This document shows, one piece after another, positions 1 through 13,140 of a DNA stretch of 64,000 nt (positions are counted from its first letter, which is position 1; each line of letters begins with the position of its first letter). Both the position numbers and the translations under genes were made by a program. Source of the stretch: the human T2T-CHM13v2.0 reference genome, Homo sapiens. The DNA lies in NCBI GenBank assembly GCA_009914755.4, contig CP086569.2, forward strand, positions 19,744,001 to 19,808,000, given 5' to 3'. The notes below the pieces were generated by a model, which was not told where the DNA came from, searched no databases, and saw nothing but the letters and a program-made list of their open reading frames with translations.

Positions 1-1051
1 TACTTTGGGGGCCTTACAGGGAATGGTACACGATGCGATGCAACTGTGTTGACTCAGTTTTCTCAAATTTTAAAAATTCCTAATACCTAAAACACACTGC
101 CTAAATGCCTTAAGATGTATAAATGTATAATGAACTTCCTCAATTAAAATTAAACTTAGGTTATATTATAAACCAATCATGGGTTTTGTAAAAGCAACTA
201 AAATCTCAAGTTAAATTGTGCAAGACAAAATTTTTGTGAGTTCTTGAGTATGATACTTTTACATTCAAAATAATTATTGTGTTTATGTTTGTATAATATA
301 TGCTCCTACTCTACTAAAAGTATCCCAGCATCTCAGAGGTAGTCAGGCAAGGCTGAGGAAAAGAAAGCACAGAGATCGTTAGAGCAGGAAGAGTAAAGGG
401 TAAAATGTATTTCCTCTTGAAGGTAAATATTAATAATACAAATAACACTTTCATTACAGGAATGTGTGACCATAGAAATTAGTTTTGATAGGAAAATATT
501 TGTAATTTAAACAAATTACTTAAAATGATCTGCTAATTGTCTGAGTCATTCATATAAATATGACCTAATATTTATCAATATCACTGAGATATTATCTAGT
601 AATTAAATTTTAAATAGATCCATAAATTAGTAATTTTGAAATGTTGCACTAACATTGAATACAGTACAAATATTTTTGTTGTACGTTTCTGACAATCTAT
701 CCATGCCTTTAGGACTACTGTGCAATAGGCTGATGTGAGGAAAATCAGACTACCCTAAGAGACATTTACTTAAACCTGCATTTCTTAATTTATGCTAATA
801 GCAACAAAAATTTTAAGTGAATTATTTATTTACATTATCACCAAATTTCTTTTTCTTTATTTTAACAAAAGCATACATATGCGCTAAGTTTCTCATAGAT
901 GTCATTTTTAAACCTGAAAAGCAAAACAACTAATTGGTATCCCCTAAGGATGTGGATACCTTTCCCAAGTTCTAGAAATTCTGATTTAGATAGTGTGGGA
1001 TATGACCTGGAAGTTAGTACTTTTCAAAAAGCAACATTAAGAGATAACATC

Positions 1052-1384
<333 letters not shown>

Positions 1385-1494
1385 TCAATCGGGCACAATA
1401 TCTAATCTTAAAGATTACCAGAAAAATAAAACAAATGCATAAATAACCTAAGAATACATGAAATACATTAAAGTTACACAGATTTGCTATGCAT

Positions 1495-1548
1495 TTTTAT
1501 ATATATATATATATGTATCTATATGTATATATGTATATGGAATATTGC
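1495..1548. repeat. (TA)n/(TATG)n microsatellite
   Basis: atatatatatatatatgtatctatatgtatatatgtatatgg. Confidence 0.85.
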
Positions 1549-3104
1549 CTGTACTTTAGGACACATTACATGTAATAACTTGATTAAAAAATGATTCTCA
1601 TTTTATATTTAAAAATAAAAACATCATTGATATAACATGAAAATGTCTTACCTAAACTGGCATACATTACAAACAGGTAAATACATTTCTGTAAATAAAA
1701 TCCCTATGATCTGAATCTTTTCTTCTAAGGACGTTAGGTACTCCTCTTAGTAACTGATCACTCTTGCTCAAGTTGTTGCATTTCTGTGAAAAAGAAGTAT
1801 TCATTGGTGTAATAGAATCAAGATTACAAAACAGCTTCTATTTGAATAAAAAGAGTCTCGTTCTTATAAAGAGCAAACATCTAACAAAGAAAATGATTAA
1901 ATACAATTCCTCTTTGAGAGAGAAAATAAAGAGCTGTGGTAAATTTTATTGTATATTTTTATGCTGCTATAATTAAAACAACAACAACACTTCCACAACT
2001 TCAATAGAATAATTTAAACCATTTAGTGATTTATATTATCAGTAATTTTAATTTTCTATTACAGTTTTCTTACTAAAATACCTTTCAATTTAACCAGTAG
2101 AAAAGTAAATTTAAGAAAATATAAACTTCAGTGATTTCCTAAATAATTGTGAATATTCAATACACAAAATAATTTAATCTTGTTTTTCAGAGGGCTGAGA
2201 AATCACTATTTATTACCATAAAATAATTTTTAAAACTCACAGGTGTTATAATATATGTAAGCATGCATTTGTGTATGGCAAAGACATCAAATAGAATCAT
2301 ATAAATTTTCTGATTTGAATTTGCAGACAACAGAATTTACATCTAAGTATATAATTACTCCAAAAAACAAAACAAAACAAAACTAACAGCTGTGCAATTA
2401 CCTGACTAGAAAGTGATAGAGCAGGAGCACCTTCATCTTGAACAAATACTGCCACATTAACTTCCAGCTCTCTTTTTAGCCTCATGCATTTCAAGGAAAT
2501 CACTTCTCTTCTTACTACAAATAATAAGCACATTCCTTTCCCTTCAGGTGCACTAAGATACGGAAGCTAGAAGCAGACATGGGGGACATGCCTGCAACTC
2601 TAGAAAGCTGTATGAAAACAGACACACAACACTCTCTGTCAGATAACCACAACAAAGAGACACAGAGGCAGTCCAACCCTCTGATAAGCACTGTGAGACT
2701 GAATCACGGAATACTCTTAGTCTGTTAACAGAGTGTGGCTCTGACTTAACCTGGCCAGCCGCCCCTCTCACACTGATTAAAAATAAACCTGTCCCTGTTG
2801 ACTGTCAAGCTACCCTTCAGGTTTCTCTCCTCTTTCTTTAATCCTTACATTGGTTGCTGATACCCAGGACCGGTATTGGTGGCAGAGGCTCCCTTACATC
2901 CCAGGAAGCTGTGGGCAATGGCAGCTTATCCTAAGCAAACTCCTGGATCCTGAGAGTCTCTGGCCACCTGCCCCATCTTTTTGCTCATTTTACTCTTCAA
3001 GCGATTTGTGTGAGAAGGACAACTGACCTGAAGGAAACTGCAAGGCTCAGGCCAGGGCTCTAAATCCCTCAAGTCTCAGGAATCCACCCCTAACACTGGC
3101 TCCC

Positions 3105-3110
3105 TCTTTC

Positions 3111-3163
<53 letters not shown>
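3105..3163. repeat. (CT)n microsatellite (about 28 units)
   Basis: Uninterrupted ctctct run visible directly in the sequence. Confidence 0.9.
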
Positions 3164-3166
<3 letters not shown>

Positions 3167-3823
3167 CTCTTACTCTCTGTTCCTCATATATCGCTAGTCT
3201 GGCAGTCCCTTTGCCAATTCCAACTGGAATATCCAAAAGACAACACTAATTCAGCCATCTGGTAAGATCTGCCTTTTCCTGCCTTTCTCGTGGTACCATA
3301 GAAAGTCCAGACTGCTGTCCACTTCCTCAAAGGACCAATGGGATAAGCTCAAGGAAATCGTGGGGACATGAAGTGCTTTCCCAGCATAAGTGTCCTCTTT
3401 CAGAAGGAGGATTCCGGGTCTCTGTCTATTGTCTGGGGACATCTAGTACAAAACAGAGCTATCGTAAAATACCTTTATAGCAAATGCAGCTTCCAACAAA
3501 CATTAATAGTTAAGTATGTGAATGTACAAATTTATCATTCAGTTGTACACATAGGAAAGGTTTAGTATTACTGACATTTACAAGAAAAACAGACAAACAA
3601 ACAAACTTAACAGGTTTTACATTAACGTAAAAATTGCCAAAAGTATATTATAACATGTATTATAAAAGTATTATAACATGTAACTGAAAGTGCTAAACAT
3701 AAATTTTCATGCAAGGTGTATAAAAACAGTAAAAAGTTAAAAATTGTAAGAAGACATAAAAATGTACATTTTGATTAAAAATGTAAAAATAGGTTTCGGG
3801 AGACACTGAGCTAGCTTGAAGAG

Positions 3824-5288
3824 TTTTTTTTTTTTTTCATACCCCAGTGGCACCTGAAATGTCAGAAAGAAAGAACCATTCACTCCCTTGAATTGGGTGA
3901 AGCCATGGAGCCAAGTGGTCTAGCTCAGTGGATGTCACCCCTATGGAGTCTAGCAAGCTAAAATCCACTGCCTCGAAATTCTTGCTGCCAGCACAGTAGT
4001 CTGAAGCCAACCTGGAATGCTTGAGATTGGTGGGGACAGGGATGTCCACCATTACTGAGGCTTGAGTAGGTGGTTTTTCCCTTTACAGTATAAACAAAGC
4101 CACTGGGAAGTCACCGCAGCTCAGCAAAGCTGCTGTAGCCAGACTGCCTACCTAGATTCCTCCTCTTTGGTCAGAGCATCTCTGAAAGAATGGCAGCAGC
4201 CCCAGTTAGGGGCTTATAGACAAAATTTCCAACTCCCTGAAACAGAGCCCCTGGGGGAAAGGGTGGCTGTAGGTACAGCTTCAGCAGACTTAAACCTTCC
4301 TTCCTGCTGGCTCTGAAGAGAGCTGCAGATCTCCAAAAGACTGCCTCCTCAAGTGGGTCCATGAAGCTCATGACTCTTGATGAGGAGACACCTCCCAGCA
4401 GGGATTGACAAGCACATCATAGAGGAGTGCTCTGGCTGGCACCTGGCAGGTGCCCCTCTGGGATGAAGCTTTCAGAGGAAGGAACAGGCAGCAATCTTTG
4501 CTTTTCTGCATCCTCTGATAGTGATACACAGGCAAAAATGGTCAGAAGTGGACTGCCAGCAAAGTCCAGCACACCTGCAGCAGAAGGGCCTGATTGTTAG
4601 AAGGAAAACTAACAACAGAAAGGCATAGTATCAACATCTACTAAAAGGATTTCCTCTCTATATAGGAATACACATATATACTACATATTCAAGTTTTATT
4701 TTATATATATAAATTTATATATATATAATGTTATATATATATATTGAATATATATATATTCAAAGGTCACCAACATCAAAGAATGAAGGCACATAAATGA
4801 ACAAAGATGAAAAAAGAAATCGCAAAAAGGCTGAAAATTCCAAAAACGAGAACACCTCTTCTCTTCCAAAGGATCACAACTCCTCGCCAGCAAGAAAACA
4901 GAACTGAATAGAGAATGAGTTTGAGGAATTGATGGAAGTAGGTTTCAGAAAGTGGGTAATAACAAACTCTTCCGAGCAAGAAAGAAAGTTCTAACCCAAT
5001 GCCAGGAAGCTAAAAACCTCAAAAAAAGGTCAGGGGAATTGCTAACTGGAATAAAGAGTTAAAGGAAAAACATAAATAACATGATGGAGATGAAAAACAC
5101 AGCACAAAGACTGCATGAAGCATACACAAGTATCAATAGCCAAATCGATGAAGTGGAAGAAAGGATATCAAAGACTGAAGATCAATTTAATGCAACGAAG
5201 CATGAAGAAAAGGATAGAGAAAAAGGAATAAAAAGGAACAAACAATGTCTCCAAGAAATATGGGACTATTTGAAAAGACTAAACCTAC
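3824..5288 (+). mobile_element. L1 LINE 5' fragment (older L1PA-type 5'UTR plus ORF1 N-terminus)
   Basis: 5'UTR motifs CAGCACAGTAGTCTGAAGCCAACCTGG and CTGCCTCCTCAAGTGGGTCC, then GAAGGAAAACTAACAACAGAAAGG. The ORF1 N-terminal coiled-coil is translated in track ORF 5081-5416 (…[18 protein letters not shown], compare L1 ORF1p KRIKRNEQSLQEIWDYVKRPNL). A TA-rich microsatellite sits at 4687-4768. The element ends at the Alu at 5289. Confidence 0.7.
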
Positions 5289-5590
5289 TTTGTTTGTTAG
5301 TTTGTTTGAGATGGAGTCTTGCTCTATCGCCCAAGCTGGAGTGCAGGGGAGCGATCTCGGCTCACTGCAACCTCCTCCTCCCAGGTTCAAGGGATTCTCC
5401 TGCTTCAGCCTCCTGAGTAGCTGGCATTAAAGGCATGTACCATCATGCCGGGGTAAGTTTTGTAATATTAGGAGAGACAGAGTTTCGCCATATTGCCAAA
5501 GCTGGTCTTTGACTCCTGGCCTCAAGTGATCTGCAGACCTCAGACTCTCAAAGTGCTGAGATTAGAGTCATGAGCTACCATGCCCAGCCC
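5289..5590 (-). mobile_element. Alu SINE (minus orientation)
   Basis: Opens with the T-rich rc of the A-tail, then GAGATGGAGTCTTGCTCTATCGCCCAAGCTGGAGTGCAG… and ends …GAGCTACCATGCCCAGCCC. Confidence 0.9.
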
Positions 5591-5959
5591 AATTTCAACT
5601 TGTTTTATAAAATTTCTGTGACATCCTCCACCTTCCCTTCACCCACAAAATGTTAGAATTCCAAAATAGGGGCCTTTGAAGAATCTCCAAGGAACACTTG
5701 TCCCAGGGACCCTGAGGAGGTAGCTACTCAGAATTAGATGACAGATTACACTGGGAAATTGAGGACAAGAAGAGAACCTAGGATAGTTTCCAAATGTCTA
5801 GCTGAGGGGAACAAACAGAATGTGGCCTCTCTTCTAAGATGCCCTGATCCCAATCTGTAAAACTTGTGAGTATGTTAGGGCTCATGACAAAGACAAATTA
5901 CGGTTGCTCATCAGTTGACCTTAAGATAGGAAGATTGCCCAGGATGATCCACCTTGATC

Positions 5960-6297
5960 AATGCCATTAAAATGGCCTTAAAGGTAGAAGATGGAAGCAA
6001 AAGAGGAAAGTCAGGAGGAAGTCACAGAAGAATGGAAAAGCAATGTGATATTGATGGCTTTGAAAACAGAGGATGGGGCTATAGCTAAGGAATGCAGGAG
6101 GCCCCTAGAAGCTAGAAAGTACAAGGAAACAAATTCTCCTCTAGAGCATCCAAGAGGGACACAGTCCTGAGCACACTTAGATTGTAGCCCAACAAGTACC
6201 TGTGTTGCACTCCTGTGCCACAGAAGTGTAAGATGATACACTTGTCTAAGCCACTAAATTTGTAATAATTTGTTACAGTGGCAGTAGGAAACTAAAA
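5960..6297 (+). mobile_element. MaLR LTR fragment (MLT1-type)
   Basis: 3' end …CTTGTCTAAGCCACTAAATTTGTAATAATTTGTTACAGTGGCAGTAGGAAACTAA matches the characteristic MLT1 terminus (…TTAAGCCACTAAGTTTGTGGTAATTTGTTACAGCAGCAATAGAAAACTAATAC). Assignment is from memory, not alignment. Confidence 0.4.
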
Positions 6298-7105
6298 TAG
6301 GCCAAAGCCAGAAAAACCTGTAGATATGAGAGAAAAGGAAGGAAACTCAAGGAAGTGTCAGCAAATGAGTAGAAGGCACATTATCTTAAGAGACTGGGGA
6401 CAAAGGGAGTTCATCTGCCGGGGGAATGCGTTTCAAAGCACTGTAGATAAGTTGTTGCACAGAGGCAATGAGGCATCAAGGTGAAGATATCTGCAGCAAT
6501 ATGGAAATGAGAGTGTGAGAAAGGGGTGGTTCCTCTCCACTGTGTATCCCCACCACTAATACAGAAATTGGTACACAGCAAGTGTTCAATGCTGGCTGAA
6601 TGGTACTGGAGGGTAGTGGCATAGCCTGCAGCATAGACAGTGCTGAAATGCAAGAATGACAGACATGGCAAGATTTCAGTGTTAAGTAGACTCAACAGAG
6701 CAAAGAGCCTTCTGAAACTTCTCATGCTGATGTCTCAGGGGTTTCAGAGGCTCCATGATGAAGTTTATGTTCAGGTGGTCGACAGCAACTTTGTGAGAAG
6801 TTACTGAAGTTTTTTAAGTTACCTATGAAGAAATCCTGCATAACAAGAAACTGGGCTTGCTGGCTGATGAGAGGGAGCCAGGACCCTTATTTGCGACGGA
6901 AACAGCAGCTGTCTCTGATAGGTGGGCAACCTGGTCTTTGACAGGGAGAAGTCTAAAGAAATCAACTTGGTGATATGAGGAGATCTCCCAATACCTTAAC
7001 TTTAAGGAGTCTACATACACTAACTAGTAATCAACATACGCATGGGACCAGACATCAGTGAGTATAGAATCAAAAGGCTAAAAGGCCTCCAGTGAGTGGA
7101 AGTAT

Positions 7106-7114
<9 letters not shown>

Positions 7115-7192
<78 letters not shown>
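7115..7192. repeat. compound (CA)n-(TA)n microsatellite
   Basis: acacac…acacta followed by tatata… for about 50 bp. Confidence 0.9.
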
Positions 7193-7193
<1 letters not shown>

Positions 7194-8636
7194 ATCTCAG
7201 GCTTTGGGGTTGACCGTAACTTAGTCTAGCTAAGCATTTAAATCAATAACTTGAATGAAGACAATTTATCACATTTAAAAATAACACCAAGGGTTTATTT
7301 ATTAGAATTCACTAGAAGGCAGAAATTAGGATTCAAAATGATCTCTGTGGCTAAGAGAGTGGAATGCAATTAACAAGATAGAAGTTAAGCAAATAGTAAA
7401 GAAAGCCCTGTGCTTTGGATTAGAAATCAACTGTACAACAATAGGACAAGGGAAACCTAGATTAAGAACAGTTCACCTACATCAAGAAAAGTGTTAACTT
7501 ACTGCAAGCTCTATAAGATATAAAAGTCTGAGAGTTTGGTCAAAAAGCTAAGGCAATTCTAGGTGGTATTAAGAGCAAGATCGGGGAGAATGTTCATGCT
7601 CTCTTAGGGGAAGAAAGTGAGTTCTGGGAATCATATCATCTTTGTGGAAGAAACTCATTTCTGGAAATCTATCGTAAATTAATCCATAACTCTGACCTGT
7701 GTGTGTTATAGGTGAGGGGAGGGCAAGATTTATGCTGGGGAAAGCTCTGGAAAGAAGACAAAAGCAATTGAAGGAACTGAGGATGTTTAAATGGTGCTGA
7801 GAAGACCTTTTTGGGGTGGAAGGGGAGCGGGGTATGGCATAGTACTATCTTTAAATACAATAAGCTGCCTAATGGAAAAGGAATTTGGCTTGGAATGGCA
7901 AATGAGTTTCTTCTCATGAGTGAAATCTAATCAACTGGTATTGACTGCCATGAACTGGGGTTGAGAAATTTTCTGAGACTAAGTGTGGAAAGAAAAGGGG
8001 AAGAATGCTGTGTAGAAAAGAATGTAGGAAAGAATGCTGTGATCATTTATCCTTGTCTCATATGGATTTCAAGAAATACAGTACCTACCTGAGGCTGAAC
8101 TTGACAGACTTATTCCAAACCGTTACATAGGTCAAGCCCAGGGTTGCTCAGTTGAAGTCACTGAAAACTACAATCTAATGGGTGGCTAGAAGACCACCAG
8201 TGGCAGAGTAAGAGCATGCTTAATGAACTTGGAAGTCCCTGCTCTTAGTTTAATTTGCAGGACAATGCACGACAAAACTCATGGACTGTCGTTCCAAACA
8301 CATCCCTTTTTGTAGCTGGCCTCTGTAGAGACTCTACAGAAGAGCTTCTGGAAAAACTGTTCTTTCCTGCCAACAGCAGTGTTTTCAGTCATCCCATAGA
8401 CCTGGGGTCCCTGATCTAGCATGGTACATGTCTGTTGCAATAAGGAGGGGCAGTTTGAACACTGTTGATAGGTGTCTAATGTGACAATTTTCTGTTAATA
8501 TTATAAGCAATTATCCCACCTTTGGGAGAAGTTATGCTAGTTTTTGAAGAGCATTTTATCTAATTGTATTCATATATTCAACTGTGTGATCAAAAGTGGG
8601 AGTGCGGTCGGGAGTGAGGGGATCTTCAGACACAAT

Positions 8637-8927
8637 CTTTTTATTTGCTTGTTTGCTGTTGTTGCCCAAGCTAGAGTGCAATGGTGTGATCTCAACTAAC
8701 TGCAACCTGCACTTCCTCGGATCAAGTGATTCTTCTGCTTCCGACTCCCAGAGAGCTTGGATTACAGATGTTATGCCACCACACCTCGCTAATTTTTTTG
8801 TATTTTTAGTGGAAACCGGGTTTCACCATGTTAGCTAGGCTTGCCTGGAACTCCTGACCTCAAGTCATCCTTGAGCCTCCACCTCCCAAAGTGCTGGGAT
8901 TACAGGTGTGAGCCACCATGCCCAGCC
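8637..8927 (-). mobile_element. Alu SINE (minus)
   Basis: TTGCCCAAGCTAGAGTGCAATGGTGTGATCTCAACTAACTGCAACCTGCACTTCCTCGGATCAAGTGATTC … CAAAGTGCTGGGATTACAGGTGTGAGCCACCATGCCCAGCC. Confidence 0.9.
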
Positions 8928-9736
8928 GATTATTATTACTTTTTCTACAGTGGACTGGTGATACTACCTAACAACATTTACAAGCTATCAACCTACTTTT
9001 AGAACACTGCTTTCATCATTTCATTATCCCATTCAAAAGCCTGGATGCATCTCAACTACAGGATCATGTACTGGTATTCAAAGCAGACTCTCACATTGGT
9101 CATGTCTTTTCTCAGCCCTATTGTTCCACCTCCACTAGAGTTTAGTTGTTTATTGTTTCTTCTTCCCCAAATCCACTTTGACTGTATCCACTTCAGAGCT
9201 ACTATTATTTCTCTCGTCCTGCCTGGAATGTTCTCCCTGATTCTGCCTGCAACTCCTACCTATTTTTTAAAATCCAACTAAGTCTCTCCTCCTCAATTAT
9301 TTCCACCAAAAACCTATAGGTTCTCCACTTCCTAAGAAGTCCTGTCACTCATACTGCCTCTCAAAGACTTTAAGTTTCTCACAGCCAGTGATCAAAATTC
9401 ACTGTACACTTCTTCAATGCTGTGTACAAAGCTGAAACTGATCAAATTTGGTCCTCACAGGACTTAGATACTTTTTCAGGCTTATATTCCCAGCATACAA
9501 CTCTGGACTCAGGGTAGATTCCTCACTGCCCCCAGAAGGGCCTAGATTTTTGTTTGTTTGTTTGGTTGGTTGGTTTTTATTACTTTATTCATTTTTCCCC
9601 ATCCCTGCCATGCTATTCTTTTGACCCACCACCCAAATCCTACGCATCAAGACCCTGAAGAGTTTACACTTTTTCCAAGAGATGATCTGAATCCCTTCCA
9701 TATTCAACCACCTCTCCTTTAAACTCATTACTCAAT

Positions 9737-9830
9737 TTATATATATATATCTTACGTAAGATATATATTCATATATATATATATCTTACGTAAGATATAT
9801 ATTCATATATATATATATATATTTCTTAGC
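9737..9830. repeat. TA-rich tandem duplicate containing palindrome CTTACGTAAG
   Basis: The unit atatatatatcttacgtaagatatatattcat occurs twice in tandem. CTTACGTAAG is a perfect 10-bp palindrome. Confidence 0.8.
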
Positions 9831-10179
9831 TCTTGCTCAATTATCTGGCTGTAACGTGTTCATTATTGCTTCTGAGAGGTTCGGTTGCTTTTCTTTTTAT
9901 TTACATGTAAACATTATGAGGTCAGGCTCGCCTTTCCTCACAATACACAATGGTGGCTACTCAAAAACATTTAGCTTTGTGGATCTCTACCCTAAGCCAT
10001 CTTGCTTCCAAGAGTTCATCTGGCAATGTCTGGGGACACTTTTGGTTGTCTCGCTTGGAAGAGAAGGTACTATTGAAAAAATAGAGACCAAGGATACAGC
10101 TGAATCTACAAAGCACAGGACAGCCTCCCAAAACAAAGAATCTGCCGGCTCCAAAAGGCAACAGTGGCTCCATTAAGAA

Positions 10180-10740
10180 ACCCTGGGTCAGCTGAATATT
10201 TGGCTGTTAACCACCAAAGCAAAGACCCCAGGAGGGCAGAAACTTGCAGCTGGAAGTTCTCAGTGAGTGGATGAGCCGGCCAGGGCGTGGCAGATCTGAT
10301 AGGGCTACCCGAGGGAGGGGTGGAGATATAGCACCAGCCTGTACCGTCAGGCAGGGCCAGTGAACTCCCACAGGGATTCAAAATGCCTGTTTCGACTCAC
10401 TCCATCCTCTACCTGAAGCGACAGGCCAAGGAGGGAAAGACAATCTCAGTCCCGCTGTGAAGACCGGCACCCGGCTGCTTCAGCCGAGAGCCCCGGGGGC
10501 AGATTTTTGGATACCCTGGATATGCTCCCTCGAGATAGGGGTGGAGATTCTGGCCGGTGCTAGGCCACCAAATGCATGTGCCATGTATCTTCAGACCAGG
10601 AAGACTGTACTAAGTAGGTCCCCAAGAGGGGCAGGATGCAATGCGACAGCTGTAATCTCGCGTTGTTTTTCAGTCGTTCACCTTCCCTCTACCCCCCAAG
10701 TAACCTGTAACCATTTTGTCTTCTAATCCAACTAGCTCCC
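10180..10740. other. GC-rich (about 57 % GC), CpG-retaining unique segment of unknown class
   Basis: I count about 17 CpGs in about 560 bp (for example CCCGCTGTGAAGACCGGCACCCGGCTGCTTCAGCCGAGAGCCCCGGGGG and TCTCGCGTTGTTTTTCAGTCGTTC). That is roughly twice the density of the flanking AT-rich DNA. It carries no Alu, L1 or LTR12 hallmarks I recognise. Confidence 0.35.
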
Positions 10741-11865
10741 CATGTCTGTTGAGTCAAGATGAGCTGCCCAAAAAGCTAGATGAAATGTTGATGAATGTGG
10801 GTGTACTGGGCACACTCAAAGTATCGGATTTAGATTTATCTGTTCCATAACTTTTAGAAGTCTAACCTGTAATAGGTAGTTCACATTTAAATTCATCCAA
10901 TGATTGGGTTTCAAAACTCTACCCTGAAACATTACGGTCTCTTTGAAACCATTGAGAAAATGTTACATTTGAGTCGACTTAAAGGAGAATGTTCGAATAA
11001 TTAATTGAGCTGCCAGTAAGACAGGAGCAGAAAGCATTTATATAATGAACACATTTTAGTAAGAATAGGCCTCTTTTATAAATCTGGTTTACAGGTTCCT
11101 AAACTAACAAGTGGGTTTGTAATGCGTTTGGATGTGGGACATTGGCAACATATAGATAAAACTAGTGTTCTAATAGTTCAACTGGAGAATGAACACTTTC
11201 ATCTTTAAACTATATTGATATGCCTGAATATTTCATTTGGGCAGCAAATATTTGTTAGTATACTTTATATTTGGATTAACAGCTAGGAACAGGATTAGCT
11301 CAACGTGTTTTCATTGCAATATGCATTCCATAAGCATATTTTACATTTAAAATATGTAGATATATACTGTGCATATATCCTTTTTAAATATAAGTTATAT
11401 GGTGTGAGCATTTCTCTGTTTCCTTAAAAGTTTCTTGAAATCCTCATTTTTAGTGGCAACAGTCTTATCTTTGGATATTTTTGTAACACACATAGCAGTC
11501 CCTTGTTGTTAAATATTTTGGTTATATTTTGCAACAGTCCATAGAGGTGGGATGAACTAGCAGAATTTTTTCCTATACTTCATATCCCAAGCATAAGCTG
11601 CTGAAATGGACTTCTAGGGAAGTGAAGGAAGAGTCTGCAAATGGGTCTGGCTAACCACCCGTTTCACTTGGAAGCTGAGGAAAGAAACATTTTTGTAGAA
11701 CACACTGACCTTCTTGTCTCATGGGGTACGGCTTGCGTAGGGGAAGATTCCTAATTTCTGGCCATGGATCTAGAAACATTATGGAAAGAAAAGGAAGTTT
11801 TCCAATGAATGTAACACATCTTTGTGTATCTCTACTGAGACAATCCTACTGAAATTATTTTACCT

Positions 11866-12010
11866 TTTTTGACTTCCTTCCTTCCTTCCTTCTTTCCTTT
11901 CTTCCTTCCTTTCTTTCTTGCTTTCTCCTTTCCTCCCCTTCTCCCTCCCTCCCTTTATTCCTTCCTTCCTTCCTTAATTGTTTTCCTTTCTTTCTTCCTT
12001 CCTCCCTTGC
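11866..12010. repeat. (TTCC)n/(CTTC)n polypyrimidine microsatellite (GGAA-type on the other strand), imperfect
   Basis: ccttccttccttccttctttcctttcttccttcctttctttctt… The pyrimidine-only run spans about 145 bp. Confidence 0.9.
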
Positions 12011-12786
12011 AAGACACAAATTCAAAACCACCCAATTCATGAGTCGATGCACCCTGTATTGAATGGAGAGTTGCACCCTCTGTCCATTTCACTACAAGGG
12101 AACTCCCTCTTACTAGGAACCCCTAACTCTTTAGTGGCTGATCACTAACAAAGATATGGCTATGCGTCTTCACTTTCTGTTTTCTTTCCAGAAATTGGTT
12201 TAGCAAAAGAAAAGGTAACATATTTCCTTTTCTGTTTTTGAACTTTTTATTAACAGTTTTTTTTTTTCAGCTGAGTGTAACATGCTGCATTATAGATAAT
12301 TGCTTTTAAACTAGGTCCACTTCTCATTCCTCTTTGAATTTCCATTGTACCTGCACATAATGCATTTGTTATATAACAAGTGATTACTAAATTTGAAATT
12401 AATTTATTGGTATCACATTTAGTCTTTTGTAAAATTATGATCTACAATCTCTAAATGTTTAAGAGCTCAAATTGATTTATCTATTTTCCATGTTTTTTAA
12501 TAAGACTCTGCCCATCTGTTGAATGTCTGCTCTGAATTTGACACTGTGATAGACACACGACAGATGTTTCGTGTGTTACAGATGAGGAACCAGACTGTGA
12601 AGAGTTGAATCAAGTAACTTAAGTGATGTAATCCTTAAAAATCTGTAAATTTTCCAAATAATAAAGTGACTGTCATTTTATTTTTTAATACATTTCTAAT
12701 TATTTTAACGATATTTCTTCACCATTATGGTTAAACATTTGTCCCAGTTTATTATTTTAAAGGAAGATGCAGCAAACTTTCCCTGT

Positions 12787-12788
12787 GA

Positions 12789-12832
<44 letters not shown>
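12787..12832. repeat. (TG)n microsatellite (about 21 units)
   Basis: gtgtgtgtgt… run visible directly. Confidence 0.9.
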
Positions 12833-12835
<3 letters not shown>

Positions 12836-13140
12836 CTGTTTTTTAGAGCAGGTTTTAGTTCACAGCTAGGTTGATGGAGAAGTACAAAGAATTCCTATAC
12901 ACCCACTGCTCCTACACATGCACAGTCTTTCCCACTGTCAACATCTTTCATCAAGGTGGTACATTTGCTACAATTGATAAACCTTCCCCAAAAAGTCTTT
13001 ATTGCCAAAGTCTATCGTTTACATTAAATTTCACTCTTGGTGGTGTGTATATGTTTTTACTTTCTTTAGGTTGTGTATAGTTATCTAAGAGTTTCATATT
13101 CCAAAGTTTTAAGGACACGAGAAGCTTAGTATGATAATTA

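Noticed and set aside
2540-3105. Possible LTR fragment suggested by GATTAAAAATAAACCTGTCCCTGTTGACTG (poly(A)-signal-like) and moderately GC-rich sequence upstream of the (CT)n
   Set aside because: I could not match it to any LTR family from memory, and there is no recognisable TG…CA terminus or primer-binding site. I left it unannotated.
5081-5416. 111-aa ORF ([55 protein letters not shown]…) as a possible coiled-coil protein gene
   Set aside because: It is the N-terminal coiled-coil of an old L1 ORF1 copy running into an antisense Alu. It is a retrotransposon remnant with no cellular counterpart.
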